Below are positions 12,331 to 25,024 of a stretch of DNA of 64,000 bases, one piece after another. Source of the DNA: Octopus bimaculoides (taxonomy: Eukaryota); the NCBI RefSeq assembly GCF_001194135.2, contig NC_068995.1, positions 45,690,960-45,754,959 of the forward strand, in the 5' to 3' direction. A model generated the notes under the pieces. The model was not told where the DNA came from. It saw nothing but the letters and a program-made list of their open reading frames with translations, and ran no database searches. Made by a program: the position numbers and the translations under genes. Within the stretch, counting starts at the first letter, position 1, and each line of letters starts with the position of its first letter.

Positions 12331-14642
12331 CCTTACTCTTTTACTTGTTTCAGTCATTTTGGATTTTGTCCCTAATATCATTATANNNNNNNNNNNNNNN
12401 NNNNNNNNNNNNNNNNNNNNNNNNNNNNNNNNNNNNNNNNNNNNNNNNNNNNNNNNNNNNNNNNNNNNNNNNNNNNNNNNNNNNNNNNNNTATATATATA
12501 TATATATACGAGCTTCTTTCAGTTTCCATCTACCAAATCCACTCAAGGCTTTGGTCGGCCCGAGGCTATAGTAGAAGACACTTGCCCAAGATGCCACGCA
12601 GTGGGACTGAAACCGAGACCATGTGGTTCATAAGCAAGCTATTTACCACACACTCACTCCTATGCCTTAGTCATATTTAGTGACATTTATAGTTTTCCTT
12701 TTTGTTAACACATTTCACACGGCTGTATATATATATATATATATGCATAAAATGTAATGAACAACTACAGAATAGCGAAGTGAGGATTTGAAACTGAATC
12801 CACATTTCTCAACCTATCATTATCCTGTCTCTGCAATCAGAAATTAATGTAAACAAGTTGATCTTGATTTCTCTCTCTCTGGCTGTGGAAGGGTCAAGAC
12901 AGATATTACTGGGAAAAAATCCATAGTTTTAGCTTGACCTGGTTTATTCAGTAACATGATAAAAACACGAGCAAGCAAGTCTCTTCCTCTTTGGTTGCTG
13001 TCTCTGATCAATGAGCACTCGTAGAGGAAAGGGACAAGACACTGCTTATATTCTCTCTCTTTCTCTTTGGTAAATGCTTTGCCAAACCTAGAGCATTGAT
13101 CAAGTCCCTAGTCAAAGAGTGGTGCACAAGAACAGAATTATCATCCTCTCTAATTGTAAAGACACCAATTGCTATATCTTTCTTTGTAGCAGTTGCAGAG
13201 AAACTACTAGCGTACGCAATGATCGTAGAGCCATGGACGAATATTCTACTGGAGCTACAAAAGCTGTGTGCACACAAACAACTCACCGAAGTTATTATGT
13301 ATTGTAATGACTAATATCATAATCATCTTCAACAATGTAACAAAATAATAATCAATATTAATATCATCGTCATTACACACACACACACACAAGTAATCAC
13401 CGTATACTACCAATATGTTATCTAGTATTGGGTGTATGTATCTGGTGGCCTTGTGTGCTATATAGTACAGTGTGTGTGTGTGTGTGTGTGTGTGTTGTTT
13501 GTCTGAAATGTCTTTGTGTGTATGCGTGAGATCTCTCAAGCCGACCTTGAGCACTTGGTTTGTGAGTACATTTCAACACCTCCCCGCTCCCTTCACACAT
13601 AATAGCCATAGGTCAGTCAGCTACTCCATTGTCCAGTTTTCTAACCGGGACAGGAATTAAACACACAGTTGACCTTTCTGTCTCTAGAATTTCCAATGAC
13701 TAGTAATTGTAGTAATAGTAATAATAATAATAATAGTAATGATACTTTTTACTATAGGCACAAGCCTGAACTTTTGCAGGGAGGGGACGTAAACACACCA
13801 GCATCGGTTGTCAAGCGATGTTGGGGGGACAAGCACAGATAAACAAATACATACATATATACATATATATATCATCATCATCATCATCATCGTTTAACGT
13901 CCGCTTTCCATGCTAGCATGGGTTGGACGATTTGACTGAGGACTGGTGAAACCGGATGGCAACACCAGGCTCCAGTCTAATTTGGCAGAGTTTCTACAGC
14001 TGGATGCCCTTCCTAACGCCAACCACTCAGAGAGTGTAGTGGGTGCTTTTACGTGTCACCCGCACGACGGGCTTCTTTCAGTTTCCGTCTACCAAATCCA
14101 CTCACAAGNNNNNNNNNNNNNNNNNNNNNNNNNNNNNNNNNNNNNNNNNNNNNNNNNNNNNNNNNNNNNNNNNNNNNNNNNNNNNNNNNNNNNNNNNNNN
14201 NNNNNNNNNNNNNNNNNNNNNNNNNNNNNNNNNNNNNNNNNNNNNNNNNNNNNNNNNNNNNNNNNNNNNNNNNNNNNNNNNNNNNNNNNNNNNNNNNNNN
14301 NNNNNNNNNNNNNNNNNNNNNNNNNNNNNNNNNNNNNNNNNNNNNNNNNNNNNNNNNNNNNNNNNNNNNNNNNNNNNNNNNNNNNNNNNNNNNNNNNNNN
14401 NNNNNNNNNNNNNNNNNNNNNNNNNNNNNNNNGTATTATATATCCTGGCGGGGAAGTGAATTGCTGCTTCTAGCACTCGAGTGTCCACCATTGACAAGAC
14501 CAAACATGGTTGAAATCATGTGATCTGTTGATATCAGCATTGGATGTAGCAGGGATCTATCTCTCTGCTAGTGATATAAGCAAGAGTGTATTTTGCACCA
14601 AAAAGTTCATTTGAGAGTTTCTCTCATGGTATCTACAACAGT

Positions 14643-15015
14643 GTGGAGGCGCAATGGCCCAGTGGTTAGGGCAGTGGACTCGCGGTCATAGTATCACAGT
14701 TTCGATTCCCAGAACGGGCGTTGTGAATGTTTATTGAGCGAAAACACCCAAAGCTCCACGAGGCTCCGGCAGGGGATGGTGGCGAACCCTGCTGTACTCT
14801 TTCACCACAACTTTCTCTTACTTCCTGTTTCTGTTGTGCCTGTAATTCAAAGGGTCAGCCTTGTCACACTCTGTCACACTGAATATCCCCGAGAACTACG
14901 TTAAGGGTACACGTGTCTGTGGAGTGCTCAGCCACTTGCACGTTAATTTCACGAGCAGGCTGTTCCGTTGATCGGATCAACTGGAAACCTTGACGTAAGC
15001 GACGGAGTGCCAACA
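14643..15015 (+). mobile_element. tRNA-derived SINE, family E (full length)
   Basis: tggcccagtggttag A-box, gtttcgattccc B-box; highly similar copy at 50939-51320 on the - strand. Confidence 0.88.
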
Positions 15016-16735
15016 TCTATGGCAGTATTGTTTGTTCTAACAGAACATCCACATTTAAGTGGGTGTAGATACAAAATGTATCTCAACGGATGTGAGTATT
15101 CACCTAGGCTAAATCAGGGAATTCCATACTGCCTTACCTACTAAAGAAAAGTAACCTCTTCCATTTTCCAGTTCACAAACAGCAGGTAGACATTTAGAGT
15201 AGAACCGTAGATTGCGGAGGCATGTGGCTTGGCAGTTAGAATGTTAAACTCATGATCATAAGATTGCAGTTTTGATTCCTGGACTGGGCCTTGTGTTCTT
15301 GAGCAAAACAACTCATTTCATGTCGCTTCAGTCCAAAAATGAGTAATGGACCAGTGTCTTGTCCTTGGCGGGGGTGGGCAGGAATACATGTGTCACGGAA
15401 ACCGACTCTGAGTCTGTGTGACTCTGGAGAGATCTATCTCTTATACAATTAGACCCCAATCAACATTGTCACTCAAAGTTAACTTGAGGTTAGCACCTTT
15501 TTCTTCAAGTGACATTTGTACAAGTTGATGGCTTTGGCCACAAAATGGAAGCCCCGCCCTCGATCCTCATGATCCTGTCCGTTCCAAAACAACCAGAGGA
15601 AGACTCTGAACGGAAAGCAGCAAGTCAGATCTTCGAAATGGATTCAACTGAAGTTGACTACAACATATGTCTTGAATGTGGCAACAGGTGTTCAACATAA
15701 CTTCACTAGCCAACTATAGTGAAGTTTGGACACCGAATGGGAGTGTGGAGGACAGATTAGTAGCTCTCATGTGACTCTAATGGTAATATTGAGGAGAAAT
15801 ATCTAGAACAAACAAAAAATAAAACAAAAAAAAAACAAAACAAAAACACAACCTGTGGCAATATATATATATATATANNNNNNNNNNNNNNNNNNNNNNN
15901 NNNNNNNNNNNNNNNNNNNNNNNNNNNNNNNNNNNNNNNNNNNNNNNNNNNNNNNNNNNNNNNNNNNNNNNNNNNNNNNNNNNNNNNNNNNNNNNNNNNN
16001 NNNNNNNNNNNNNNNNNNNNNNNNNNNNNNNNNNNNNNNNNNNNNNNNNNNNNNNNNNNNNNNNNNNNNNNNNNNNNNNNNNNNNNNNNNNNNNNNNNNN
16101 NNNNNNNNNNNNNNNNNNNNNNNNNNNNNNNNNNNNNNNNNNNNNNNNNNNNNNNNNNNNNNNNNNNNNNNNNNNNNNNNNNNNNNNNNNNNNNNNNNNN
16201 NNNNNNNNNNNNNNNNNNNNNNNNNNNNNNNNNNNNNNNNNNNNNNNNNNNNNNNNNNNNNNNNNNNNNNNNNNNNNNNNNNNNNNNNNNNNNNNNNNNN
16301 NNNNNNNNNNNNNNNNNNNNNNNNNNNNNNNNNNNNNNNNNNNNNNNNNNNNNNNNNNNNNNNNNNNNNNNNNNNNNNNNNNNNNNNNNNNNNAGAGAAT
16401 GGGGGAGATTGTGCTGGTGTAACACAAAAGGCACCCGTGCCAGTGACGCATTCAAAGCAACCGTGCTGGTGATACGCAAAAGGCATCAGGAAGGTCATCC
16501 AGCCAAGACACCAAGCCAAAACAGACTGGAACCTGGTGCAGCTCTCTAACTTACCAGTTTGTCAAACTGTCCAACCCATGCCAGCATAGAAAATGGACAC
16601 TAAATGACTGTGATGGTAATGACGATATAGGTGTATAATATATGGGAGAATTTACGAAGAAAACAACAACAGGTGAGGACAGGTGGTGTAAACAACAAAA
16701 GGATGTATTAGTTTAACGCTCTGGAATACAGAAAG

Positions 16736-16772
16736 TCTTTAACGTTTCGAGCTACGCTCTTCAACAGAAAGA
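16736..16772 (-). ncRNA. Variant minimal hammerhead-like motif
   Basis: On the - strand: TCTTT - CTGTTGA - A - GAGC/gta/GCTC - GAAA - CG - TT - AAAGA. Stem III is the palindrome ACGT; core position 6 is U rather than A. Confidence 0.5.
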
Positions 16773-17748
16773 AATAAGGAGAAAAACACGGAGAAAAAAA
16801 ATTTGAATGTTGTGGTCAGCGATCTATCATGGCGACTGCCGGACAGAAAGTTCACACAGGAGAGCTAAGAAAAAGGGGAGATAACAAAAAGGGAAAGAAA
16901 CGGTGACCTAAATACTTTAATTGTTAAAGTTTGCTTTGTAATAATAATGTCTTGGGTTCATTTTTAGTTTGATGCATCTTAAATTAGCATCTTTCACTGG
17001 AGCCATTTTTTGTCCTTAATCCATCAGTAGCTGACCAGAGCCTTTTTTTTGTGTGAATTTGGAAGATGGAAATTGAAAGAAGCCCATTGAGTGTGTGTCC
17101 TTGTCTTGCCATTTACATGATAGTTGTAAACAGGTGTCACTGTCATTCAAGCAGTGTTATTTGTTTCCAATCTTCCATCAAAACATGTTTGACCATGTGG
17201 AAATATTAACCTTGTATGGAAACTGGTGAGGGTTGGCAACAGGAAGGACATGGGGTTCGAGAAAATCTGCTTCAGTGAATTCCATCTGACCCATGCAAGC
17301 ATAGAAAAGTGGGCATTAAAATAGTGATGAAGGTGATCAGGTGAAGATCCCCCTTCAGTCACGAATGACCATGAGGTGCACCTAGAAAGATCTCTTCCAA
17401 GGCACATGTCCGAGCAAGGTTGTTTATGGAAGACCAGCAGTCGCCCATGCATACCAGCTTCCCCTCGTCATACAACCAATGTTATCCAAGGGAAGGCAAA
17501 GGCCGATACAGCTTGGCACCAGTGATGTCATAACTCATTTTTATAGCTGAGTGAACTGGAGCAACATGAAAAATAAGCCCTAACCCTTGCCCAAGAACAC
17601 GACAGAAAACTTGATCTGAGAATTGAACTCGCAACCTCATGATTGTGAGCCTGACACACTAACCACTGATCCATGTGCCTTCATGATGATGATGATGATG
17701 ATGATGATAGTCATTGTTCACATTTGCTTTTCCAAGCTTAAGCTCTAA

Positions 17749-17965
17749 CACTTTAGCATTTAAACCAGCCATATCCAGCCCAAATGTTTTATGTTCAAAC
17801 CTGCAATATTAGGCCTCTCATACCTACCCTACAATGCCTTTCTGAAAATAAACAGTTGTCACATCATCAAAATCTCAAAGCTACAAGATAAAGCATGACT
17901 AATTCAAAATCAATGTGAATAAATAAGCATTTACATTTGACAAGAGTAATCCGAAGGCTAAAGAG
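17749..17965. mobile_element. piggyBac-type MITE (older copy)
   Basis: cactttagcatt ... gctaaagag-TTAA; internal similarity to the 21801 copy. Confidence 0.75.
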
Positions 17966-19524
17966 TTAATCTCTGTCTATCTCTTCATATTGTTTACTTC
18001 CTGAAAGAACCAGTCACATTAGTTTACTCTTTGTTATCTGTATTAACCTCTGACCCATGTTAACTGAAGTCAGTGCTAGGAGGTTCTTAGCAGTAGGTCT
18101 GGCGGTGGCGGTGACAGTGAATGCTTCACCTAAGTGCTGCTGCTACTGGTGCTACTATTGCTATTGTTTCCACCGCCACCACAAAAACTATGGCTTTTAC
18201 CACTAACATTATTAGCATTTATACTATTTTGTTTTTACATCTGGTTTGCAAGATTCTTTATGAATTTGTGTGTCAAAACGAATTTTGTTGTCTAGGGTGA
18301 GTTATTATGCCAACATAATTAGCGCACACGCTGGTTCAATTCCACTTGTTTATTAAATATCCAATTGTTTTGTTTTTGTTTGTCAAAGCTCTTTTGTTGC
18401 TTCTTGCAATCTTTTCAATGACTGTTGACTTAATCCATTATGGAGGCCACGTTTGTTTGTTTGTTTGTTTGTTTGTTTGTTATAGTATTACTTTTATTAC
18501 CACCACTATCACCATCACCACAAATGGTTTTTTGGAATGTTTCGCTTTGAAGGTGGTACTCCAGCATGACCGTTCTACAATGGCTGTTACTAGTAAAAGA
18601 ATAAAAGACAATCAGTTAGATTTTATTATTGCCATAGTCCAGGTGCACGTGTAGTTGTGTGGTTGAAGAGTTTGCTTCCCAACCGTGTGGTTTAAGTTCA
18701 GCCCCACTGTGCTTTGGACAGATGTCTTCCACAAGGGGCTGACCAAGATCTTGTTAGCAGATTTAGTAGATGGAATCTGAAAGACACTTTTATCCACACA
18801 CACACACACAGATAAAAATCATTTTTGCTGTACTCAGTGCTTAATGCGATTGACTTCTGACTATGTCACCACATGTTCAAATCCAGCTGCTACTATTGTG
18901 TTGTCTGTGAGCAAAAATTACATAACTCTGCATGATTCTAGCCTGCTTGAATCTGAAGAATTTCCCAACCCATTTCCAGCATTGAAATCTTAGTTTAAAA
19001 ATCATTAATAAACAATAAAAGCAGAGTGTTAATTACTGTCTCCTTTCAAACATATTAGATAGGTTACTCATCTTTGTAATAACCACACCTGTCTTATGAT
19101 TTTATTTCACCTTCAGGACCAACCCTTCTCGCTTCATATCACTTTGGGAAAATTTTGGTTGGCCACTTGTTTTGAGAGTGGAATTTAATAGATGGAAACT
19201 GTACAGAACCCTGTTGTATGTGTGTGTGTGGTAATGTATATAGCTCCTGAAAAAGGATGGACAAGGATGGACGACTGTCCAAAGACAAGCAGAATATACC
19301 TTTTGTGTGAATCATACATTCTTCAACTGATTTCTGGTCACTTGCCAAAATGGTCTTTTCCAATTTTGTCTGAATCTTGCAAAATTCTTTCTTCTCAACC
19401 CAACTGGTGCTGGTTCAGTGTGAAGAATTCCTGTAGACAAAGTTGGCATCTCTAATGACCTCTTTACTCTTTCTCTCTCTCTCTCTCTTTCTCTCTCACA
19501 CACACAGTCTCTCTCTCTTTCTCT

Positions 19525-19593
<69 letters not shown>

Positions 19594-19758
19594 TCACACA
19601 CACACAAAACCACCTCAAAATAATTTCTTATGAGTTTTAAGACCGAAAGGGTGTAGTTACAAGTAAAATGACAATTATACATAAAAAAGACCCATACGTA
19701 AGAAATATGTAAACTGGTGTCCTACTTTGTGTATTAGCTGTGCATTGTTTACATTTTT

Positions 19759-19977
19759 AGTTTTATCTCTAGAGATTTTCTATAGAATCTAGAGCCAGCA
19801 TTGAATGTTACGTTTTGTATATGATTATGTCTATGTAAACAATGTGATTGAAGATAGAAAAAATATTTTACCTATTTTTCTATCTTTCGTCACATTATTT
19901 ACATAGACGTAGTCATATATGAGACGTAACTTTCAGTGTTGCCTCTGAACTCTATAGAAAATCTGTAGAGATAAACT
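19759..19977. repeat. ~220-bp palindrome (fold-back)
   Basis: ~105-bp arms with a 7-nt loop ttttacc; ~17 substitutions. Confidence 0.92.
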
Positions 19978-20426
19978 TTATGTATAATATTTCATTATCA
20001 TGATTTAATCTCCACTTTTCCATGCTTGCATGGGTCAGGCAGAGTTTGTAAGGGCAAATTTTCTATGGCTCGGTGCCCTTCCTGTCACCAACCCCCACCT
20101 GTTTCCAAACAAGGTAATCTTTCTCCATGACTAGACATGTTTTTCATGGAGGATTGCAAATGAACAACCCCACTTGTATGACAGTGATGCTCATTTACAA
20201 TCATCACATGGTATCAAGAATGTATGTGTGCACACACATATGCACATATACACGAACACTCGCAATAGGCTTCTTTTAGCTTCTAACCACCAAATCCACT
20301 CACAAGACTCGAATCAGCTCAGCACTATAATAGCAGACGCTTGCCCAATGTGCTGTGCAGTGGGTTTGAACTCTAGCCCACGTGGTTGGGAAGCAAGTTT
20401 CTCATCCAAACAGTGGCCTGTTGCCA

Positions 20427-20474
<48 letters not shown>

Positions 20475-20484
20475 NNNNNNNNNN

Positions 20485-20543
<59 letters not shown>

Positions 20544-21405
20544 TCATCTTGCCACACCTTTCCATATTTAATCACCAGTGTTAAGTCACTCCTGTCTCTG
20601 TCTGTCTCTCTTCTTCTTTCTTTCTCTCTCTTCATTTTATTTCTTTGTAACTATATTTATAGCTGAAATTTCTTCAGCCCTACTACACACCCCCATCTGT
20701 GTTCACACCCTACATGACCAAGTCCAGCCAGCCTTCAGCTATATTTGGAATGGCCCATCAAATCTTTAAGTACTTGTTCTTACACAATGGCAATCCATCT
20801 GTTTACTTAGTCAGCCTTGTGCAAGGAAGGGCACATCTGGTTTTGGCACACTGTACATCACCAGACCACACTTCAGTTCACTGTTAATCCAGGCCCAATC
20901 ATTAACTCTCACTTACTCTTTTAATATATATGTGATTATATATATATCTCACCTGGAGCTAAGCAGAGACTCAAGATTTCTTTTATTCAACACAGTCTGT
21001 GATATAATACAGGATTATAACTTTGTACAGTACCTCTGGACTGATTAGGCTTTTCTTTACCATGTACCTTCAAACATGCTCTTATACAATGTAACAGTTT
21101 CTCATATATAACCATAGCTGTAAAGTCTCAGATACATGTATTGCTGTATTCCATTGCATAGTTATAGCATTTCAGATGCATTAAAAGTTACACAAATGCA
21201 CATGCATATGTAGCTCCCTGCTCCCGAACTACAAAGCCCTATTTACAGGTGCATGCATATATATATATACACATACACACACATACATATATATACTGGG
21301 TATATACACAATAGTTTGCAGATAGCTGGAAAGAAAAGTCGAGATTGTGTGAAATATGGCTTCACCGTCAGGAAGAAGTTATTATTGCTGTTGTTTTTGT
21401 TGCAG

Positions 21406-21637
21406 TAAAAATACGACTGGCATGGGTGCCAGTGTGGAGGAACTTCAACAAGGCATTATGGAGTTAGATCTAGATGAAAAACAGCGGAAACGCTTGGAAG
21501 AATTTCTGAGGAAGAAGCAGCAAATTGGAGAGTTGACAATTGATGACATTGACAAAATTGGGGAACTTGGTTCTGGCAATGGAGGTGTGGTCCTGAAAGT
21601 GCGACACAAATCAACAAATCTGTTGATGGCTCATAAG
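21406..21637 (+). CDS. MAP2K1: MEK1/2 coding exon 2 (negative regulatory helix A, Gly-rich loop, catalytic Lys)
   Basis: Acceptor ttgcag|, donor |gtaagt. Translates (x)[77 protein letters not shown]. Phase-2 start as in human exon 2. Confidence 0.96.
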
Positions 21638-21800
21638 GTAAGTGGAATGTATCATTAGATTCTTTTTCTTTGACTTGGTTTTCCACAGTGCATGTTGTTT
21701 TTCCTTTTAAATCATCAATGATAAAGAAATCATCCTCATCATTTAACATCTGCTTTCCATGCTGACATGGGTTAGACCAGTTGTTGGGGAACTTTTTTAA

Positions 21801-22020
21801 CCCTTTAGTGTTTAAACCGGCTGTATCCGGCCCAAATATTCTACACATTTTATGCTCAAACTGGCCAGAACTAGCCTCACACACCTACCCTACAATGTCA
21901 TTCTAAAAATAAGCAATTACATCTTTCCTATCTTGAAGCTACAAAATAATATCAGATAAATTTTTTTAAATGTGAATAAATAAGGATTATTTTTGCCAAA
22001 TTAATCTGAACGCTAAAGGG
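21801..22020. mobile_element. piggyBac-type MITE
   Basis: TTAA-ccctttag ... ctaaaggg-TTAA; same family as 17749-17965 and 31273-31464. Confidence 0.85.
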
Positions 22021-22919
22021 TTAATCAATTACCCCAAAATATGATTTATTTATGCTGACGTTACCCCCATGGTTTGAAAGGAAGAAAATCATTGATTCTT
22101 TGAATTCGAAAAGTTTATCGAATCTGTTTACCTGTCCATTACTTTGGACAGACTTCTGTCGTAACAAGGAACACATTTTTTTATTATTTTACTTATGTCT
22201 AATGAGTCCTCATTACGCCCAAGAATTTCATTTTTACCCCAGTTCACTGACTCCTGGGGTTGACTGAAACTGGTAAGCTGGAGAGCTGCACTAGGTTCCG
22301 ATCTGATTTGGCATCGTCTCTATGGCTGGATGACGTCTTAATGCCAACCACTTCAAGAGTGTAACAGGTGCTTTTTACATGCTGTACTTCAGAAGACATG
22401 TTGAGCTTATTAAAACTGTGGCCATCCATACATACTCACATGTCCCTTTATGTCCTTGCCTCGATTCCCCTCTCCCTGCTGAGAGGTTTTTGTTTTGCAA
22501 GAGCTGGTGCCGCATAAAATGCACTTGTGCCAGTGCTATGTAAATACACCTGTGCACACTCTGTGCAGTGGTTGGTGCTAGGAAGTGCATCCAGTCATAG
22601 AAACCATGTCAAAAGATCTGTGGCTGACTAGCTCTGGTGAAACCTGTCCAACCCATGCCAGTATGGAAAATGGACATTAAATGATGTTGATAATGATCCT
22701 CTTTGTTTTTTTTTTTGTTTTTTTTAAGGCAGTAAGCATGATTTGAGAAAAATTTGGTTATTACTTCAAGTAACATGACCATTTAGTTGATTTGAGAATG
22801 TGACTTCTGCTAAATATTGATTGATGCCTCTCTAGAAAGGAATTGGATTTGCTTACAAACTGTAGACTGTTAAAATGCCATTGCTACTTAATTTCCTCCT
22901 GACTTACAGGATGGGCTAC

Positions 22920-22970
<51 letters not shown>

Positions 22971-24384
22971 GATTGTTATTTTAAAGAATAGGAGGTCATT
23001 GTTTGAAATGCGAAAGCTTTAAATTTGTCATATGACCCTCCTTCAAGTTCATATTGTCACATGACAGCATTGTAGAATGGACCTTAATACAATGATGTTG
23101 ATGGTGATGATGCACTTTTTTTTTCTCGAAGTAGTTTCCTCTCTCTTGAGGTTTCCTCTCAATTGAAACACTAAAACAATAAATAAATTTCTTTTGCATT
23201 AGCTCCCCCTCCCAGCCTCCCTCTCAAGACTTCTAGACTCTCCAGAGACGCTAATCAGTGTTACATCAATTGACTGACCTTGAAGAGTGTCCTATTAACC
23301 CTCTTGAATAATGTCAAACATGAAATCCATTTCCCACCACCTCTCTCACCCCTGCTCCTTGCTTGTGGATATTGTTGGGAAATTAAACGGGGTTTGATTC
23401 ATTGAAAGTTAACTATTCAATGCCAACCCTGCCACCATTAATAATGAAGCATTGACTTTCTTGGTTTCTGATCTTAACTGATTGGAAAACGCTATCATGT
23501 ACATGTTTTGTCTTGGGGTAAAAGATGCGCCACAGCAAATATTCTGCTTAGTACTACAGGTTTGCTTGTCAGTTCTTTTATGCCTTGATGCAATACTAGA
23601 AAATGACTCATGGCTTCTGATCTTAACTAAATTGTTTATAGTAATCAAATGTATATGCCATACATTTGCTCGCCCCCTCCATCAAATCAACGTTGCCTGA
23701 ACAGGTGCCCAGTGTGCCACACGTCAAATGTCTAAGTGATCGCAAAGCAACACAAGATGAAGTGTTTTGCTCAAGAACACAACTCACCACTCAGTTTAGG
23801 AATTGAAACCACAATCTTGCAGTCATGAGTACAACACCCTAACCACAAGGCTATGCATCCTCACAATAATAATTCCAGTACTCAACTGATACTTATCGAC
23901 CCCGAAACGATGAAAGGCAAAGACGATCCCGGCAGAATTTGAACTCAGATTGTAAGAGCATATGAAATGGCGCTAAGCATTTTGCCCCGTGCACTAACAA
24001 TTCTGCCAGCTCGCTGCCTTAATAATAATAATAATAATATGTAGTTGTTTTTTTCTTCCTTCTTGTATTATTATCATGTTTGTAGAGTAGCATTAACACC
24101 ACTTTCTACTTCTAGTACCAGTGTTGGATTAACTATTAATTTAGTACCAGTGTTGGATTAACAAAATAAGCATGTGTTTAGGGTATCAAGGTAAGTGGAG
24201 AATCACAAAAATGGTAAGTGGCTTATGGCACAATGAAATCACTTTAAACTTGCTAAAATAATATTTGAAGTGGTTTATATGATCGGAAATATAAATTTTG
24301 TAGTGTTCATGATGTCATAGTGTATGATCAAAGACTTTGCAATTAAAAAAAGTAGGAGAAAACTTTTCAAATATATAAATAAAG

Positions 24385-24630
24385 TGTGGAGGCGCGTGGC
24401 CTAGTGGTTAGGGTGTCAGCACCATGATCGTAAGATTGTGGTTTCGATTCCTGGACCGGGGCGACGCGTTGTGTTCGTGAGCAAAACTCTTCATTTCACG
24501 TTGCTCCAGTCCACTCAGCTGGCAAAAATGAGTAACGCTGCATTGGACTGGCATCCCGTCCAGCTGGGGAACACATACGCCATTGAAACCGGGAAACCAG
24601 GCCCATGAGCCTGGCTAGGCTTTAAAAGGG
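24385..24630 (+). mobile_element. tRNA-derived SINE (young copy, CpGs retained)
   Basis: gtggaggcgcgtggcctagtggttagg...gtttcgattcc. Related heads at ~8475, 15215, 53630-53860 (-) and 63905. Confidence 0.82.
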
Positions 24631-24877
24631 CTTTTTTTTTTTTTTTATATAAATAAAGTGGAAGTATACAAAAATAAACATTATTTTCCATCTTGCTGTT
24701 TGTTTTCATTTTGAAAAATAAAAATTTATTTTATGGTTTATTATTGTTTATATTTTGGGTTACCCATATATGGGGAACACCAAAATCTTTTAAGTGCTTT
24801 GACCCTCCATCGGTCTTAATCTGGACCTGCCTCGTATCATTGTATATTAATCGCTGTCTTTACCTTTCCGTTTGCAG

Positions 24878-25024
24878 CTAATTCATTTAGAAGTGAAACC
24901 CTCAGTACGGAATCAGATATTTCGAGAACTCAAAGTACTTCATGAGTGTAACTCACCGTATATAGTTGGCTTTTATACGGCTTTCTTCTGTGATGGTGAA
25001 ATCAATATATGCATGGAATATATG
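24878..25024 (+). CDS. MAP2K1: MEK1/2 coding exon 3
   Basis: tttgcag|...|gtgagt; [49 protein letters not shown]; 147 nt, same as human. Confidence 0.98.

Noticed and set aside
14643-14720. tRNA genes at A/B-box heads (also ~1111, 24385, 51250)
   Set aside because: No full cloverleaf; each continues into a SINE body.
15509-15760. Complex-sequence ORF MTFVQVDGFGHK...
   Set aside because: No motif recognised on either strand; probably an old TE fragment.
21356-21405. ATG at 21356 as the MEK start ([17 protein letters not shown])
   Set aside because: It reads through the polypyrimidine tract and acceptor of exon 2, has no D-domain, and the splice phase matches the conserved intron.
24113-24162. 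Direct repeat with spacer (CRISPR-like)
   Set aside because: Only two units with an 8-nt spacer, in a eukaryotic intron.
24950-24995. Apparent changes at human disease hotspots G128/Y130
   Set aside because: Correct alignment shows C121, P124, G128, F129 and Y130 conserved; the differences are at 131, 134 and 135.
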